A stretch of 64,000 nucleotides of DNA from Octopus vulgaris (Eukaryota): assembly GCA_951406725.2 (NCBI GenBank), contig OX597825.1, positions 58,218,001-58,282,000 of the forward strand, in the 5' to 3' direction. This document shows positions 60,440-64,000 of this stretch, in pieces. The notes beneath the pieces were generated by a model, which was not told where the DNA came from, did not search any database, and was given only the letters and a program-made list of their open reading frames with translations. Every line of letters begins with the position of its first letter. Position 1 is the first letter of the stretch. The translations under genes and the position numbers were made by a program.

Positions 60440-63400
60440 AGATGGCTGGGAACATGGAATGTCGGGACCCTATTCAAAATGGCCCAGATTGCTACTAAGA
60501 TGACGCTCCACAACTGGATAATCTTTTTAAGAAGCAAACTGCATGAGACATGATTCATTGTCAAGCAGATTGCGCTACTAAAAAAAGACTCAAGGTACTT
60601 TTTCAATTAGGCATGCCATCCAAAAAGTACTGTGGCTGCAATTTATCCATGACTGCTTGACAAGCTTGCAATACAAGACCTGTGAGATGAGTTAGCTGAA
60701 GTCAGTGTGGTGTATGCGGGAGATTTGAAATAAGGACACCTACCTTCTCTTCATCGATGCAGACCACTCCAATGGTAACACACCCTTCCACGCGGCCCGA
60801 CCCGAATGCTAAAAATAGTAGCTGCTTTTCCCCTACCTTGACAAAGCGCTCACAAGTCCAGCTCTGTCGGCAACCCCGATCAAAGAGGCCCGATGCTCCC
60901 CTACTTGCGTGCGTCACTCTTGCCCCTCCCTCTTCCGGTCAACCCCAAATTTCAGTCAGCTGCCCAGCTGCTGATGTCATCCCACAGTCAGAACAGATGC
61001 ACCTAGCCACAGAGGAAATTTGCTCTACTCAGAGCATGAAGAGGACAAAATACCACAGACTGAAGGAGTTGGCTTTACGCTCTCCAAAGAAGCAGCAACA
61101 TCTGTAGGCTCAAGAACAGGGAGTGTGAGTGCACTCACTAAAATTTGGTGTGTGTGTGTGGTGGGGAGTAGTGAAAGCATTTTGAACATTTTCCTGAAAA
61201 ACTGGGTTTGCATCCCCAAAGCAAATTTCATTCCTGGACTTATGGCAACATCCTTCATGGGATAGTCAGGATCATCACAACAATAGCAAGACAAGGAAAA
61301 TAGCATAATACAGTACCCTGCACTAACCAATGATGCAGAAAGCACAATAAAAACATCCGCAATCCACCATTGGCTGAATAAGCTATGAGAGGCCTGGTCG
61401 TCCTCATGGGAGATCTAAATGCAAAGGCTGTATCAAGCAACAGTGGCAGGAGAAAAGTGATAGGTAGGAAAGGAAAGTGCGAAATAAATGATGGCAGAGA
61501 GATGTTTGCAAACTTCTGCAAATTCAACAATTTGGTTGGAGTTGGGGTGTCTTTCTGCACAAGAAATTTTACAAGGTGATTTAGATCTGAATATCAGATC
61601 AATCATATCACTATCTGCTCCAAGTTAATAAGATCCACGTGGTATGTCAGAGTTTACAGAGAAGTAGATGTAGGATCAGACTATCACCTCTTAGTGGGAA
61701 AATTTCAGCTGAAACTACAGCATCAGAATACAATAGCTTTCAAACCAGGATACTGTTACAATATTCCCTTGATAAATGATGAGCATGCCAAAGCCAGATA
61801 TACAGTTGATGTCACCAATAGATTCCAGGCCCTCAGCAGTCTCATTAAAGAAAATACATAAGTGGTAAGACATAGTTGGAAATGGAAGCAGCATGAAAAC
61901 ATGCCTGTGAAAAAAGTTTATGTGAGAGAACCAAATAATACAAAGACTGGACCTCAACGAAGTCTCCAGATAGTAGGTCTTTATAAAAAGAAGGAAGAAC
62001 TCAACATCTGAAAACCAGGGAAGCAAGCAAATAGAAAAACTGAGAGAGAGAGAGAGAGAGAGTACATCAAAATCAATTAGGCTGTGAAAGTGAGTGAAAA
62101 GTGAAACAAGAGAAAATATGTAGAGGAATTTTCCCAAAAAGATGTGGCATCCCAAAGAAATCTGGAAAAAACTTTTCAACATCACCAAGGAATTTCAGGA
62201 AATTGGTAAACCACTTCCTACCTAGTCGAAGACAAGGATGGTAATGCTCTTACAAACTAGCAGAATCAGTTAGAGAGATCAGAGGAGCATTTTCAAGAGC
62301 TTCTAAATTGTCCTGCTATAGTCAATGATCCAGACACACCTCCAGCAGAGACTTAGCTGAAACTCCAACACAAGGAGAAATATGGAAAGCAATCCTCAAA
62401 ATGAGAGACAGGAAAGCACCAGACCCAGATTGAAGCCCAACTGAACCATTAGAAGAGGATGTAAATTTATTGGTTGAAGTCTTCTACTACCTGTTCAAAA
62501 AAAATTAGGAATACAGAGAGGTTGCCAGATGACTGGAAACATGGCCATATCATTAAACTTCCAGAGAAAGTAAACCTAAGGGACTTCATCATTTGGAGAG
62601 GTATCACATGCCTTTCCATCCTTGGAAAGGTATTTGACTGGGTGCTCCTTGAAAGGATGAAAGATCAGGTGGACAAACTTTTATGTGATGAAAAAGATGG
62701 ATTCCAACAGGAGAGATCATGCACTGATCAGACAGCCATACTTTGAATATTAATCAGCCACTGGAATAGAACACCTCCTTGTATGAGAGCAGTGGGGCTA
62801 AAAAGTTCCTGACTTTAAGGGTATCACTAAAGGCCAGGCTGGAGGTCCAACTTTCCGAGTTCTTTTACAGGGCTTAGAGAAACTGAAGGACTACTGTAAT
62901 AAATGTGTGAACCTGAGAGGGGAATATGTTGAGTAAAATTATAATTAACTGATCCTCCTGTATTTTCTTTTACACAAAACCAGGAACTTTTAAACACCCC
63001 TTTGTACACAACCTTCATCGATTATAAAAATTTGACAGGATGGACAGGGTGGCACAGTGGAAATTGCTTTGACATTTTGTTATCCCAAAGATGATTACAT
63101 CGGTCAGGGCTGCTCATGAACAATCAACATTCCAAGTAGTATGTGATGGAACTTTGATGAAATCAGTCATTATCCTGATGGGAGTGAGACGATCTCTTTT
63201 TCTTTTCTTAATGGCAATTGACTGGGTGATAAAATAAACAACCATAGTATAACCCAGAGGAATATGATGGTCCTTCTTCAACCATCAGGAAGATATTGAC
63301 TTTGTTGATGACATTACACTTCCCTGTTAGCACCAAATTTACATGGAGGAGAAGGTCACAGAAATGAGTGTAACATCAATGGAAGTTGGTCCCAAGATCG

Positions 63401-64000
63401 ACATCAGGAAGGCAAAAAGCATCAGAGTACACACAGTCAATAATATCAGCTTCACAGTCAGGAAAGAGGAAACTGAAAATTTTAGTAATTTAGCATATCT
63501 GAGAAGCATTGTCAATAAGGAGGGTAGAACAGATCAGGGCATAAAAACAAAGATTGGTAAGCTGCCTTCAGTGTGCTTAGACCCATCTGGAGACCACAGA
63601 CCTTGTTATCAAGCACAACACTCAGGATCTTTAACATGAATGTGTAGATGGTTCTGCTATGCACATGTGAAACATAGTGAGTCACAAAGCTCCAAACATT
63701 TGTGAATAGATATCTCTGAGATATCCTTTGAGTGAGATGGCAGAAGAGACTCACAAACAAAGCCTTGTAGAAACACAACATATTGAAACTCAAATCAAAA
63801 CAAATAAGTGTGGTTAGCTAGGACATACACCTAACAGAAACTAGTTTCCAACATTACAAGGTAAGCTCTCTGATGGACACCCCAAGAGAGATAGAAACAT
63901 GACATACCAAAAGCAGCAAAGAGAAGGCCCACAGAAACTGAAACACTGGCAGGTGGTTACACCAAGGGACAATTGTATTCCATTGCCAAAGACTGAGGTA
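60440..64000 (+). mobile_element. Decayed RTE-clade LINE (AP endonuclease plus reverse transcriptase) with internal insertions
   Basis: GTWNVGTL, EGVGFTLSKEA, LMGDLNAK, GSDYHLL, PDDWKHGHIIKLP, WRGITCLSILGK, GFQQERSCTDQ, DIDFVDDI, YLRS motifs in order, with many stops. Confidence 0.85.
62784..63004 (+). mobile_element. Internally deleted mariner MITE nested in the RTE RT domain
   Basis: TA TSD (62782-83 / 63005-06); TIR ..AAAAGTTCCTG / CCAGGAACTTTT..; retains CNKCVNLRGEYVE*; splits LY|TTFIDY. Confidence 0.85.

Noticed and set aside
60702-61107. GC-rich 116-aa ORF inside the RTE remnant
   Set aside because: Looks like another repeat fragment inserted into the LINE; no recognisable host protein.

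Overview
AT-rich, microsatellite- and SINE-dense animal genomic DNA. The repeat families and (TA)n/(CA)n load look like an octopus (coleoid cephalopod) genome, which is an inference from recognition and not a database match. The only host gene I can support is a complete 7-coding-exon PTAR1 (GGTase-III alpha subunit) on the minus strand: join 55993-55929, 44824-44655, 39397-39322, 37271-37167, 35760-35439, 34525-34236, 32149-31906 (1272 nt, 423 aa, all GT-AG, phases consistent). The rest is transposon debris: a full-length mariner, maT, pogo, RTE and R4/Dong fragments, Helitron/Helentron derivatives, piggyBac- and hAT-like MITEs, and several tRNA-SINE families. Most interesting: (i) Penelope-like relics in (TA)n tracts carrying five hammerhead-ribozyme-like motifs, one with an intact core right after a GIY-YIG endonuclease remnant, plus a perfect 47-bp fold-back centred on a ribozyme helix III; (ii) two ~250-bp locally templated inverted duplications in PTAR1 introns, each pasted into an older repeat ~0.8 kb from its template, predicting long intronic dsRNA; (iii) a CLEAR (GTCACGTGAC) plus FoxO (TTGTTTAC) motif pair just before the PTAR1 ATG. 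Most supplied ORFs are microsatellite artefacts. Repeat boundaries are approximate unless a TSD or TIR is quoted.
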